NCBI GenBank assembly: GCA_016839815.1
Contig: JAEOTM010000076.1
Coordinates: 1-64,000, forward strand
From: Candidatus Hodarchaeota archaeon
GTDB lineage: Archaea; Asgardarchaeota; Heimdallarchaeia; Hodarchaeales; Hodarchaeaceae
Length of the DNA: 64,000 nt
Reading direction: 5' to 3'
Shown here: in pieces, positions 47,269 to 57,564 of the stretch
Numbering within the stretch: the first letter of the stretch is position 1
Layout of the letters: every line of letters begins with the position of its first letter
Notes under the pieces: model-generated
Told to the model about the DNA's origin: nothing
Database searches by the model: none
What the model saw: the letters and a program-made list of their open reading frames with translations, nothing else
Program-made: the position numbers and the translations under genes

Positions 47269-49035
47269 CTAGGTTTTTGATCGTTCTTCACTTTTTAAGA
47301 CGCGTCTTAATACTTTTCCAATATCTGACAGTGGTAATTCAGTTCGAATCTCAACGTACCGCTCATCATGAGGTTGTTTATATTTCACTAGCTTTCTACG
47401 CGCATACTCCAAGATTTCTTCTTTAGTTAGTTCCACATTAGGTTTAGGGACAACGAATAGTTTTACTGTTTCTCCAACCGAAGGATGGGTCACACCAATG
47501 CATGCAGCATTGGAAATTTTCGGATGTTCTATCATGACTTCTTCGATTTCGCGTGGATATGCCTTGAATCCTCCAACGTTAATTAAATCCTTCTTTCTAT
47601 CTGTAATATAGAAATAATAATCAGAATCATATTTACCAATGTCACCGGTCAGGAAATAACGCTTTCCATCGATTTCTCTCATAACTTCAGCTGTTTCCTT
47701 TGGTTTCTTGTAATATCCTTTCATCACCTGAGGTCCAGAAATTGCAATTTCTCCCTCTGTATCAATTCCTAATTTTTTTGTCCCTGTTTCAACATCAAGG
47801 ACTATAGCATCAGTATCAGGGAGAGGAATACCAACAGATCCTTCCTTCTTTAATGGTTTATCTGAACCTGGAGCAGGTGCCATTGGAATGATATGAGTCA
47901 CAGGTGATGTCTCAGTAAGGCCATATCCCTCTGCTAAATTAGCTCCTGATACAGCTTCGAATTCCTGCAACACTGAAACGGGAAGTGGGGCTGCTCCACT
48001 TGAACTGGTTAACAAAGAACTTAAATCATATTTTTCTAGATCTGGGTGGTTCAATAAAGCCATATACAAAGTAGGTACTGTATTGAAGAGCTGTACTTTA
48101 TATTTCTCTAAAAGATGCAAAATCTGACTGAATTTGTTTTCACGTGGGTCCAGCATTAAAACCATTAATCCTGCAAAATAAATGCCTAAGTTCATCGAAG
48201 TGGTTGCCCCATAGCTGTGGAAAAATGGTAAACTACCAATTCCAATCATTGTACCCCTTTCAGGAGGAGGTTCCATCCAAAGAGAGCATTGTACCAAATT
48301 ACTAACAAGATTTCCGTGAGTTAACATGGCACCTTTAGGGGTACCTGTTGTTCCGCCGGTAAACATAATTACTGCGATTTCGTCAGGAGTATTAGTAACA
48401 TTTGGACGATTTTCAGGCGAATATTCCCGGAGAATGTCTTTCATATATTTATCCTGTTTATCTAGCTTACTAATCTTACCTAATAATCCTCCCAACACTC
48501 CTTTAATTTTAGAAAGGTACGGTTTGACACTCGCAACTACTATAAATTCTAATGGGGTTTTTCCTTCATCTCTTACTTCTTTGCAGATTTCATATGGGGA
48601 AGCAGCTGTTGTGATCATATCTGCACATACTATACCTTTTGCTTCACTTTGGATAAGTTGTCCGGCAAGTTCGCTTGTGGGATACTGAAAATTTAAGCTC
48701 ACTACTGTTGCTCCTACTTTTAAAATGCCATAATATGCAACAACAAATTCAACCATATTCGGAAGAAATACTGCTACTTTATCCCCTTGTTTAATTCCTT
48801 TATCGACGAGAAACGAAGCGAACCTATCAGTTTGATCCCCTAATTCGCTATAAGTAACCTTGGCGATTTTGTCAAAACTTAATGTTTCTAGTACAAGGGC
48901 ATCATTATTAGGAAAATCAGCTACTGCATCATCAAGAAACTTGAAAAGAGGAATTTCAGGATAATCCATTGTTTTTGGTACTTTTTCTGGGTACAAAGGA
49001 ATTTCAGTGGGATTAACCATAATTTCGTCCACCAT
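47269..49035 (-). CDS. fadD: Long-chain fatty-acid--CoA ligase (AMP-binding)
   Basis: FTGGTTGTPKG, EGYGLTE, TGDIG, DRKKD, YPREIEE, LP....GK.LRR. Confidence 0.9.
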   Translation of the reverse strand: MVDEIMVNPTEIPLYPEKVPKTMDYPEIPLFKFLDDAVADFPNNDALVLETLSFDKIAKVTYSELGDQTDRFASFLVDKGIKQGDKVAVFLPNMVEFVVAYYGILKVGATVVSLNFQYPTSELAGQLIQSEAKGIVCADMITTAASPYEICKEVRDEGKTPLEFIVVASVKPYLSKIKGVLGGLLGKISKLDKQDKYMKDILREYSPENRPNVTNTPDEIAVIMFTGGTTGTPKGAMLTHGNLVSNLVQCSLWMEPPPERGTMIGIGSLPFFHSYGATTSMNLGIYFAGLMVLMLDPRENKFSQILHLLEKYKVQLFNTVPTLYMALLNHPDLEKYDLSSLLTSSSGAAPLPVSVLQEFEAVSGANLAEGYGLTETSPVTHIIPMAPAPGSDKPLKKEGSVGIPLPDTDAIVLDVETGTKKLGIDTEGEIAISGPQVMKGYYKKPKETAEVMREIDGKRYFLTGDIGKYDSDYYFYITDRKKDLINVGGFKAYPREIEEVMIEHPKISNAACIGVTHPSVGETVKLFVVPKPNVELTKEEILEYARRKLVKYKQPHDERYVEIRTELPLSDIGKVLRRVLKSEERSKT

Positions 49036-49198
49036 TTTTGAGCGGAAAATGTTCTCCTCCTCCCAAACGACTATGTATTAATAAGGTTAATTACATCCTA
49101 ATCATCAGTAATTTTCCCCACCCTTAGAGAAATTTCTAAAAAATTAGCTTTTACTCGTTTGAATAATTAATAAAAAAGGTACAGGAAATGGAGAAAAT

Positions 49199-49339
49199 TT
49201 AATGCCAATTCCATTTCTCTGAAGGTTCGATCTTGGGTTCCAGTCCATACTTTAATTCTAAAGGATGAAGTTTATCTTTATTTTGCAGTCCCTTCTTAAG
49301 ATTCATTTCATCCGCCTTTTTATCAGTAGTCGGGTCCAC
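49199..49339 (-). CDS. Putative small protein (46 aa)
   Basis: GTG start, MDPTTDKKADEMNLKKGLQNKDKLHPLELKYGLEPKIEPSEKWNWH*; followed by a T-tract on the minus strand; fills part of a ~540-nt gap. Confidence 0.35.
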   Translation of the reverse strand: MDPTTDKKADEMNLKKGLQNKDKLHPLELKYGLEPKIEPSEKWNWH

Positions 49340-49578
49340 CTTTTCTCATTCCTGGGGCTTTAATTGAATTTAATTCTCTAAAAGTCCCGTGAAATAATAG
49401 AGTTAATTTACTAATAAATGACGTTACTACCAGAGTGCTACTAATCAAATTCGGGAGAAATCGGAAACAATTATAAAGCAAGATAAGTGTAATTTCAAGT
49501 CAGGAACAAAAAACGGATTTTTCAGTTCTCCTGTGGTAAGTTCTTTTTAGTGTGTTCTAATTCTCTCTTAACTGTTGA

Positions 49579-51003
49579 ATGATAGTGTCTCCTCGAACTA
49601 AAGAAACGAAAGACCCTGCTAAGCTCGTACGATCGGGAGTTTTTGCATTAAATAACAAAAAATGGAAAAAAGCTGTACGGAAATTCCAGGCAGCTCTAAA
49701 TGATGAAGAAATGCAGAATAATGCCATTGTATGGGCCAATTATGGTATCGCCCTCATCAATGTAAAAAACCTCCCAGAGGCTTTAAATGCGTTTTCAGTA
49801 GCAGTTCAAATTGAAAAAAAGAATGATACATTCTGGTCAAAGAAGGGACTTGTTGAATTTCAGCTGGAGCTCTATCAGGAGGCAGAAAATAGCTTTAGAC
49901 AAGCAGAAAAGCTCAATAAAACGAATGACGAACTACCGATACTCAGGTCAAGGAGTTTACGGAAACAAGACCAAATAAAAAAAGCTGTCAAAGTTCTTGA
50001 ATCAGGAAGGAAAAGATATCCCAATTCTGCGAAAATCCCTATTGAATTGGCTAGGATCTGGGAGGAACAAAATGATCTCGAGAAATCGCTCTCTGTACTT
50101 AATAAGGCTCTTAATGAAACAAATCATCCTGATCCAGGGCTTTTACTCGGTCAGTTGTGCTTAGATAAGCAGGAATATGCAAAAGCAATTAAAACCTATA
50201 CAACGGTGCTAGAGCGGTTTCCCGATTCATATCACGCCCAATATGGAATTGGAGTTGCTTATCATGCTAAAAAAGATTATCACAACGCATTAGAAGCATA
50301 TCGTGGTGTAATTACCAAATATAAGAATACTAAACCTCCTCAAAGCCTCTATATTAATATTTCACGTGTTCTACGAGAAATGAAACGACCAAAAGAAGCA
50401 TTAGACGCGTTGTATCGGGCTAAAAAGCTGGGAAAGCCATCATTGGAAATCTTCTTACTGCTAGCCGATCTTTATATAGATACAAATCGTCCAGATAAAG
50501 CCAAACGATCTTTAGAGGATGCAGTTCTAATGGATAAGACTAATCCAGCGCTTCACTATTACCTTGGTATGACACATCTTAGCTTAAAATCATATAAAGA
50601 AGCAGAAAATTGTTTTAAACGTAGTATAAAACTTGATTCATCATTTCACGATAGTAGGATCCAATTATCCCTCCTTGCAATAAATGCAAAAAGATATAAT
50701 GAAGCATACTCAATAGTGAATGAAATTTTAGCTCTAGATCCCGATAATATAAAAGCAATGCGACTCACCGCTCAACTAGCATTTGATTTGAGAGATTTTC
50801 GTCGTACAATTGAGATTCTCAAGCCTCTTGTTCAAAAGGATCCTTCTCATACAAAAGATCTCGAGATACTATTAAATGCATGGTTAATTCTCAGTCAACC
50901 CGAAAAAGCACATACCTTTATGGTTGAGCTTTTAAATAATCATAAAGAATTACGTTCACAACTTAAACCTATTGCGTTTTTCAATCAATTTTTGGAGAAG
51001 TAG
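49579..51003 (+). CDS. Tetratricopeptide-repeat protein
   Basis: Many W/Y..LG......Y.EA...F..A...P TPR units throughout. Confidence 0.9.
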   Translation: MIVSPRTKETKDPAKLVRSGVFALNNKKWKKAVRKFQAALNDEEMQNNAIVWANYGIALINVKNLPEALNAFSVAVQIEKKNDTFWSKKGLVEFQLELYQEAENSFRQAEKLNKTNDELPILRSRSLRKQDQIKKAVKVLESGRKRYPNSAKIPIELARIWEEQNDLEKSLSVLNKALNETNHPDPGLLLGQLCLDKQEYAKAIKTYTTVLERFPDSYHAQYGIGVAYHAKKDYHNALEAYRGVITKYKNTKPPQSLYINISRVLREMKRPKEALDALYRAKKLGKPSLEIFLLLADLYIDTNRPDKAKRSLEDAVLMDKTNPALHYYLGMTHLSLKSYKEAENCFKRSIKLDSSFHDSRIQLSLLAINAKRYNEAYSIVNEILALDPDNIKAMRLTAQLAFDLRDFRRTIEILKPLVQKDPSHTKDLEILLNAWLILSQPEKAHTFMVELLNNHKELRSQLKPIAFFNQFLEK

Positions 51004-51013
51004 GGAACATAAA

Positions 51014-51805
51014 GTGACCTTAAGTTTACAGGAAAAGACCCATATTTTAATGGATTGTGATGGTGTAATTTGGAAAGGGAATCAGGCAATTCCAGGAGCG
51101 AAAGAAGCATTAGAAAATCTGGAATCATTGGGCTATCAATTAGGATTTGTAACTAATAACTCAAGCCTCTCACGTGATGGATTTTCCCAAAAATTCGATT
51201 CCTTGGGATTTCCCTCGGAAAAATACGTTATTCTTAATTCAGGTTATGGAGCAGCTGTCTATTTACGGGATAATAAGCTCACAAAAATCTTTATGATAGG
51301 AGAGAAGGGTCTACAAGACGAATTAGAGTACCAAGATTTAACTGTCTCAGAAAACTATCATCAGGACTTACAGGCTGTTTGTATTGGATGGGATCGCAAA
51401 CTAACTTGGACTAAATTGGCTGATGCGATGTGGGTGATATTGAATAATAATAGTCAATTCGTAGGAACCAATCCAGATAATAGTTTTCCATCTGTAGATA
51501 GATTAGTTCCTGGTGCTGGTGCTGGAATTGCTGCTCTTGCAAACGCATGTGGAAAGGATCCTGATATAATCATTGGTAAGCCTAATCCCTATTTACTAAA
51601 TTTAAGCTTAAAAGAGATGAATTGTTCCGATTCCACTAGGGCAGTCTTCATTGGGGATCGTTTATCTACAGATATTCTAGCAGGGATTAATGCAAATATG
51701 GATACGATATTAGTTCAGACTGGGATTTCCGATTATCATCTGAAAAAAACAATTTTACCGACTTATACTCTCGACTCACTTGCACAGATTGATCAATTGA
51801 TTTGA
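51014..51805 (+). CDS. HAD-IIA (NagD-like) phosphatase
   Basis: DCDGVIW, TNNS, TNPD, GKP, IGDRL.TDI..G. GTG 51014 chosen over ORF-track 50972. Confidence 0.9.
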   Translation: MTLSLQEKTHILMDCDGVIWKGNQAIPGAKEALENLESLGYQLGFVTNNSSLSRDGFSQKFDSLGFPSEKYVILNSGYGAAVYLRDNKLTKIFMIGEKGLQDELEYQDLTVSENYHQDLQAVCIGWDRKLTWTKLADAMWVILNNNSQFVGTNPDNSFPSVDRLVPGAGAGIAALANACGKDPDIIIGKPNPYLLNLSLKEMNCSDSTRAVFIGDRLSTDILAGINANMDTILVQTGISDYHLKKTILPTYTLDSLAQIDQLI

Positions 51806-51841
51806 ATTTCCTTTACCGCTTTACTGAAGGACTGAAAATTT

Positions 51842-54568
51842 ATGCGTAGAATAGGATTTCTGCAAAAAAAAGGTCTTGTTTTGTTGTTGTTTATTGTTTT
51901 CCCACTTATAGGCAGTTTTGGGTATAATTCTAATTTAGCTGTGAGAATAACTGCATCTACTTCTAATATTTATCAAGAGACTGATGATTTTCATCCTCAA
52001 AGAAACTACATCTCTTCTATTCCATCTGATTTAGTTTCGATCCAGTCACCAATTTCAACAGAGATATTTGATGTTAATGCTAGCTTTGAAGAAAAATTAA
52101 GCTTAATTAATCCATTAAAGGATGATACACTGACTGGGAAAGATATCAAAATCGCAGTTTTAGATTCTGGAATAAATAATTCACTTTGGATAAGAGAAAC
52201 TTCAATTATCAACCGCTCAAGAGTAGTTGCTAGTGTTTCTTTTAACGATAGTATCGGACATGGGACACTGGTTGGAAGTATTATCTCTAAAATAGCTCCA
52301 GAGTCCAATCTATACAGCATTAAGGTTGTCGATGAATCAGGGGTAGCAACCCAAGAAAATGTTGAGAAGGGACTACTTCTCGCTCTCTCTTTGAATGTGT
52401 CAATTATTCATGCTTCACTTGGATCACAGGATATAATGGCTATTAATTCGTCTTTAATCTCAAGCTTAATAAACAATAATATCTCTCTAATAGTATCTGG
52501 GGGAAATAACGGCCCCTTTGGTAGTAGTATTACTTCTCCAGCGATTTTCAATGAAGTGATAGCTGTAGGCATGACCTACAATCAAACATACATACCCTCC
52601 ATCTCTTCTGTTGGTCCACGGCCTTCAGGTATACTAGGTCCAGATATAGTTGCCCCAGGAGTATATATTCCTTCCTACAATAATTCAGAAACCTACCAAA
52701 ATGTTTCAGGAACCTCTTTCTCTGCACCATTTGTTACTGGCTCTGTTGCGCTTTTACGTCAGGCTTTTCCAAAAATTTCTCCATTAACCATAAAAACTGC
52801 TCTTCTTTCTTCTGCAACTTTTATTGAGGGTATTTCACCTTCTCGACAAGGTAATGGTCTCCTCAATGTAGTAGAAGCTTATAATGTTCTTGAAGAGGTA
52901 AATAAGTCTCCTTTAATTACTTTCACACCTAGAGAAATATCATCCGATTTTTATTACTTCGGTCAATCGATAAATGGACAAAATCAGACGTATAATTTAG
53001 GTATTTATTCCTCATTGAAATGTAATTTAACAAAGATGGATAGCAGCACATTACTTCCAATCATTGCAGAAATACCACAAACTGACAGTTCCAATCTCAA
53101 AATACCCATCAATGTGGGATTCAATTCAATCAAGTTATCTCTCACCATCCCAGAGACACTATCTATGAATGAATGGATTGGTAATATTATATTCGATTTT
53201 GAATATAATAAATCATTTATGGGTAATAAACCTCTTGAACACCTGACTCAAAGAGAAATACCAGTTCATATCGAAAATCGCTATCCTGGAGGACGAATTC
53301 TTTTCTATCAGGGCTATGATAACGATAGTTTTATTCCCGATGGACCCACAGGTAGATTTAGCCAGTTACATTACTTTTTTGAAGATATATTTGGGATGCA
53401 AACTATAGGGGCAATCCCAGCAACTCTCGGGTTGTCCATCGCAGGTCCACTTCAAAATACTGCTTCATCACAAGGTAATATTTCCCCAGAAGACCTGGAG
53501 AACTATGATATTCTTGTCTTGGCTGACATTGAGAAAGGATTAGCAGAAGAAGACAATAAAATTATTCACGAATGGGTAAACGATGGTCATTCATTACTTG
53601 TTCTCTCATATCCTTCCTTCACTATAGGTCAGACTGAATATTTATCAAATCGGACAGCAGTAAATTTACTTTTAGAACCGTTTGACCTATCAATTGATGA
53701 AGATTCCTCTAATTTCACAATGAACCGGTTTATACAGGCCGAGCTCGCCCCTTCAAGTCCAATTGATGATATTGACGGTCTTATGTTTGACTATAATGGT
53801 ACTTCTGTGAGTGTAAGCCCAGGTGGTTACGCTGAAGTACTTGCTACTGCTACAAATGTGCTTAATGATACTGATGATATCCCAATTGCTGGTTTCTGGC
53901 ACAATCCTGATACGAATGGAAAAGTAGTCGCATTCGGAAGTTTAGATCCGTTTAGGGACAGTAACTTCTACTCACCTAATCTTAATCATAACTTTTATCT
54001 AGCCTCTCAAATCTTCCGCTGGCTGATACGAGATCAAGAACCTGCCATGGATGTAAATCTTGCCGGAAATCCTAGTAAGGGGACATCTACTAAGATTCAA
54101 ATCTCTTTTCCAGATGCTGATCCCACTGGGGATTTCAATGGAACAATAGTTGAACCAAATGGGTCTTATACGCAAATTACTTTTAAATTCAAGGTCAATG
54201 CTTATATTGGATCATGGAAACCACTAAAGACAGGTACTGCTATTTTATGGTTAAATCTCCATATAGAAGGATACGTTCCCTCAAATGGGTTATTTATTCT
54301 TACAGTGTACAACCCAGCTCAACAGGAAATCTTCTTGCTATTTCTCCTCTCGAGTTTTATCATTTTTGCTGTTGTATATTATTGGATTTCATCCCGTAGA
54401 TCAAAACCACGGCTTACACTTCAAGAACAGTTAGCCATGCAATACACGAAACCTAATGCACATGTAGGTACAAAATCTATGGAACCAGGTGAAATCTGTA
54501 CTCGGTGTCGTACTCCCCGTCATAATGACAATTCACACTATTGCTACAAATGTGGTAAAGAACTGTGA
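51842..54568 (+). CDS. Membrane-anchored S8 subtilase with C-terminal GATase/DUF4350-like domain, TM and cytosolic zinc ribbon (Site-1 protease-like architecture)
   Basis: Signal peptide; triad AVLDSG / GHGT / SGTSFSAP; oxyanion GNNG; YDILVLAD...GHSLLVL domain; TM; CTRC...CYKCG. Confidence 0.85.
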   Translation: MRRIGFLQKKGLVLLLFIVFPLIGSFGYNSNLAVRITASTSNIYQETDDFHPQRNYISSIPSDLVSIQSPISTEIFDVNASFEEKLSLINPLKDDTLTGKDIKIAVLDSGINNSLWIRETSIINRSRVVASVSFNDSIGHGTLVGSIISKIAPESNLYSIKVVDESGVATQENVEKGLLLALSLNVSIIHASLGSQDIMAINSSLISSLINNNISLIVSGGNNGPFGSSITSPAIFNEVIAVGMTYNQTYIPSISSVGPRPSGILGPDIVAPGVYIPSYNNSETYQNVSGTSFSAPFVTGSVALLRQAFPKISPLTIKTALLSSATFIEGISPSRQGNGLLNVVEAYNVLEEVNKSPLITFTPREISSDFYYFGQSINGQNQTYNLGIYSSLKCNLTKMDSSTLLPIIAEIPQTDSSNLKIPINVGFNSIKLSLTIPETLSMNEWIGNIIFDFEYNKSFMGNKPLEHLTQREIPVHIENRYPGGRILFYQGYDNDSFIPDGPTGRFSQLHYFFEDIFGMQTIGAIPATLGLSIAGPLQNTASSQGNISPEDLENYDILVLADIEKGLAEEDNKIIHEWVNDGHSLLVLSYPSFTIGQTEYLSNRTAVNLLLEPFDLSIDEDSSNFTMNRFIQAELAPSSPIDDIDGLMFDYNGTSVSVSPGGYAEVLATATNVLNDTDDIPIAGFWHNPDTNGKVVAFGSLDPFRDSNFYSPNLNHNFYLASQIFRWLIRDQEPAMDVNLAGNPSKGTSTKIQISFPDADPTGDFNGTIVEPNGSYTQITFKFKVNAYIGSWKPLKTGTAILWLNLHIEGYVPSNGLFILTVYNPAQQEIFLLFLLSSFIIFAVVYYWISSRRSKPRLTLQEQLAMQYTKPNAHVGTKSMEPGEICTRCRTPRHNDNSHYCYKCGKEL

Positions 54569-55479
54569 AGCTTGTTACACATACCGATTTAGATGGATTA
54601 TGTTGTGCAGCACTATTTATTCGAAAATATGGTTCATCTATTGATATCATTTATGCCACAGTACAAGAGGCTAAACAACTGTCTATCGATAATTTTCAAG
54701 CAAGTTATACCTGTGATTTACCTAAAGTATCGCAATCAGTAAATATAGACCATCATAAAACCAATTTTAATGACCTAGTTACCTCAAATCGCTTAACAGA
54801 AAACGATAGGGTTGTACCAGAAGCTTCCTCCGCTACTGATCTTGTCTTTGAATATTTAGGATTTCAAAACGATCCAATTGCAGAAGAAATTAGGGAAATA
54901 GGGCATCTTGCAGATATAGCTCTCCTACCAGTGGAATACAAACCACTTGATATTGTACTAAATCTAAATGTGGAAAATAAGCTAATACTAAGAGAAATTA
55001 GCGAGCTCTTAGCAGAGAATGGAAAAGATGTTTTACAGACTCCATGGTTGAAGAAAAAACATATAGAAGTTGTATTCATATATCAAGAGACTCATCAAGC
55101 CATTAGTAAGTTTTTAGAGGTTCACACAGTTATTCCACGGTTTGTACTCATAGATTCACGTGATTTTATTCCTGGAAAGTTAGCTAAAGAGATTTTTAAA
55201 CCATTGTTTGATCATGGAGCAGTTGTCATTGCTTTGATCTACAATAAAACAACCAATGAAATTCCAAGAATTAGTTTCCGAGTAACCAAGGCTGAGCAAG
55301 ATAATTATGATGTTTCGGTTGTAGCCAGACATTTTGGTGGTGGTGGACACCGTATGGCAGCTGCTTGTACTCCTAATCCCCACGATATCCCTGAAGAAGT
55401 CATGAACCAAATGAAAACAATCATGCTTCCTATCGATACTGTGGAGTTCCTTTCTCTTGACTTAAAATCGCAATTATGA
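54565..55479 (+). CDS. DHH-family phosphoesterase
   Basis: HTDLDG, IDHH, GGGH..AA (DHHA1); GTGA overlap with the subtilase. Confidence 0.88.
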   Translation: MKLVTHTDLDGLCCAALFIRKYGSSIDIIYATVQEAKQLSIDNFQASYTCDLPKVSQSVNIDHHKTNFNDLVTSNRLTENDRVVPEASSATDLVFEYLGFQNDPIAEEIREIGHLADIALLPVEYKPLDIVLNLNVENKLILREISELLAENGKDVLQTPWLKKKHIEVVFIYQETHQAISKFLEVHTVIPRFVLIDSRDFIPGKLAKEIFKPLFDHGAVVIALIYNKTTNEIPRISFRVTKAEQDNYDVSVVARHFGGGGHRMAAACTPNPHDIPEEVMNQMKTIMLPIDTVEFLSLDLKSQL

Positions 55480-55611
55480 AAAAAAAGCCCCAGAGTAAAA
55501 TTCTAAGTTAATTATTCTGTATCAGATTAATAAATAAATCTACCGAGATTTTTAATAACCTTGGACTCTTGGCTACAAACCAGTAAAGCACGATATTACA
55601 GGTAAATCAAA

Positions 55612-56808
55612 TTGAAAATTGGTATTTTTACAGATTCATGGGTCCCTAATCTTAACGGTGTGGTCGTCTCTATTATCAACGAAATACAATCTCTAAAAAA
55701 GAACCACGAATTTGTCGTTTTTGCTCCAAAACTTAGAAAAAGCGTCCCGTTTCGAATTGAAGATGTTCCAATTTATGAGCTTCCAAGTGTTCCTTTTCCC
55801 CCGTATCCTGGGTATAATGTTGCTTTTCCGAGTGTTGGCCTTTCAAGAGTGTTACGTAAGGAAAAATTTGATCTTATCCATTGTCATTCCCCTTTTTCCC
55901 TTGGTTATTTCGCAACATTAACTGCAAGAAAATTTTATGATATTCCCCTACTTAATACCTACCATACACACTTGGTTGAATATTCTGCCCATTTGGTTGG
56001 GGGAATTTATGCAGACAAAATTACTGCATTACTGGAACAAGCAGTGTGGTTGTATATTCGTTGGTTCTATAAACACTCCGATGTAGTCGTTACTCCATCC
56101 AAAACACTCCAACACGATTTACTTGCTCATGGTGTGAAGCCTCCTGTGTATTCACTACCTAATATGATTTCTAAAGTATTTCTGACTAATACTAAAGACA
56201 CAAATGAGGATATCGATCTTCAAAATAAAATTCGCGAGAAATATGGAATTAAACCCTCAACAAACATAATTATTTACTGTGGTCGCGTTTCATATGAGAA
56301 AAAGCTGGAAGTTATGCTGGAGGCTTATAAAAGTATTCAAGATTCATTTCTGGATAGTTTTCTCTTGATTGTGGGTGATGGTCCTCATCTGCAAACGTAT
56401 CAGAACATGGCTATTGAATTAAACCTTAAAAATTGCGCCTTCACGGGTTTTATAAGTCATACTAAACTTCCTGCTATATATCGAATGGCTAATTTTATGG
56501 TTACTCCAAGTGATACAGAAACTCAAGGTTTAACGGTCTTAGAAGCGATGAGTCAAAGTCTACCAGTAATAGGAGTCTCAGGAGGAGGTGTGGTAGACTA
56601 TATTTTCCATAAAAGGAATGGGTTACTCTCTCCACCTGGAGAAGCACAGGCCTTTGCGGAATCCATGAAAACTTTGCTTGAAGAGCCCGATACATTGAAA
56701 TCATATTCAATAGCTGCGAAAAAAACCGCAACACAATTTTCTTCAAAAGGTTATACTTCTTTACTCGAAAAAGCATTCCGATTAGCTGTTCAACTCCACA
56801 CAAAATAG
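55612..56808 (+). CDS. GT4 glycosyltransferase (monoglycosyl-lipid synthase-like)
   Basis: MKIGIFTDS..P..NGV..S, HCHSPF, TYHT, GRVS.EK, VGDGP, ETQGL..LEA. Confidence 0.88.
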   Translation: MKIGIFTDSWVPNLNGVVVSIINEIQSLKKNHEFVVFAPKLRKSVPFRIEDVPIYELPSVPFPPYPGYNVAFPSVGLSRVLRKEKFDLIHCHSPFSLGYFATLTARKFYDIPLLNTYHTHLVEYSAHLVGGIYADKITALLEQAVWLYIRWFYKHSDVVVTPSKTLQHDLLAHGVKPPVYSLPNMISKVFLTNTKDTNEDIDLQNKIREKYGIKPSTNIIIYCGRVSYEKKLEVMLEAYKSIQDSFLDSFLLIVGDGPHLQTYQNMAIELNLKNCAFTGFISHTKLPAIYRMANFMVTPSDTETQGLTVLEAMSQSLPVIGVSGGGVVDYIFHKRNGLLSPPGEAQAFAESMKTLLEEPDTLKSYSIAAKKTATQFSSKGYTSLLEKAFRLAVQLHTK

Positions 56809-56950
56809 TGGTAAGCAATTTCAACTCGTTCCCTCTATTTCATACTTCCGACTCATAGCTTAAGTTGGGAAATAGCTTTTTATTACGTCCATTTCTGATA
56901 GTTAGAATACAAACAACTTATTTATATCAGAAGAAAACTTAATAGAAGAT

Positions 56951-57397
56951 GTGACAATTATGGCCTTACAACAAAACAACACTAGTGACATTGAAACTCT
57001 GTTATTGCTAATTATTGCTGTTGTGCTTGTTACTATAATTTTGTATTTTGGAGCACGCTTGATAGCAGGTAAGAAAAATACTGATACTGGTTATATAATC
57101 CGGTTACTGGTCATTGCGCTTATTATCGTAATTTTGGTCGCTGTGGTCATTGGAGCAATTGTTGGTGCTGTTAATGAAATACCCTTTGTTTCAACAGCAG
57201 CATATCAATTAGTACCAGTATTGATTTACCTAGCCATTGTGTATTTACTCAAATTTTTGCTTATTCCCGAGAAATCCGAATCAACCAATTGGCATGCTTC
57301 AGTTTGGATTGCGGTGATTACTTTATTCTTGATCTATTTAATAAACGCCATTGCGATTGAGTTAAGTTTTCCTCCACTAATTGATGCGGGTGTTTAA
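56951..57397 (+). CDS. Four-TM membrane protein
   Basis: Highly hydrophobic 148-aa ORF followed by a T-tract. Confidence 0.75.
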   Translation: MTIMALQQNNTSDIETLLLLIIAVVLVTIILYFGARLIAGKKNTDTGYIIRLLVIALIIVILVAVVIGAIVGAVNEIPFVSTAAYQLVPVLIYLAIVYLLKFLLIPEKSESTNWHASVWIAVITLFLIYLINAIAIELSFPPLIDAGV

Positions 57398-57403
57398 CTC
57401 CCC

Positions 57404-57438
57404 TTTTTTCCTTTTTTTTTATTGAAAAAAGAAAAAAA
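57404..57438. terminator. Oligo-T terminator-like tract followed by mirror A-tract
   Basis: TTTTTTCCTTTTTTTTT-ATTG-AAAAAAGAAAAAAA immediately after the 57397 stop. Confidence 0.5.
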
Positions 57439-57564
57439 TTCTATCTACTGAATTCTTCAAGAAAAAACTTCAAATAGATTTCATTAAAAAAGATCTTGAA
57501 TCTAACTAGTTCAGATTATAAAATCATCCAGCTATTTGACAACTAATGGATAGGTCAAGTTAAA

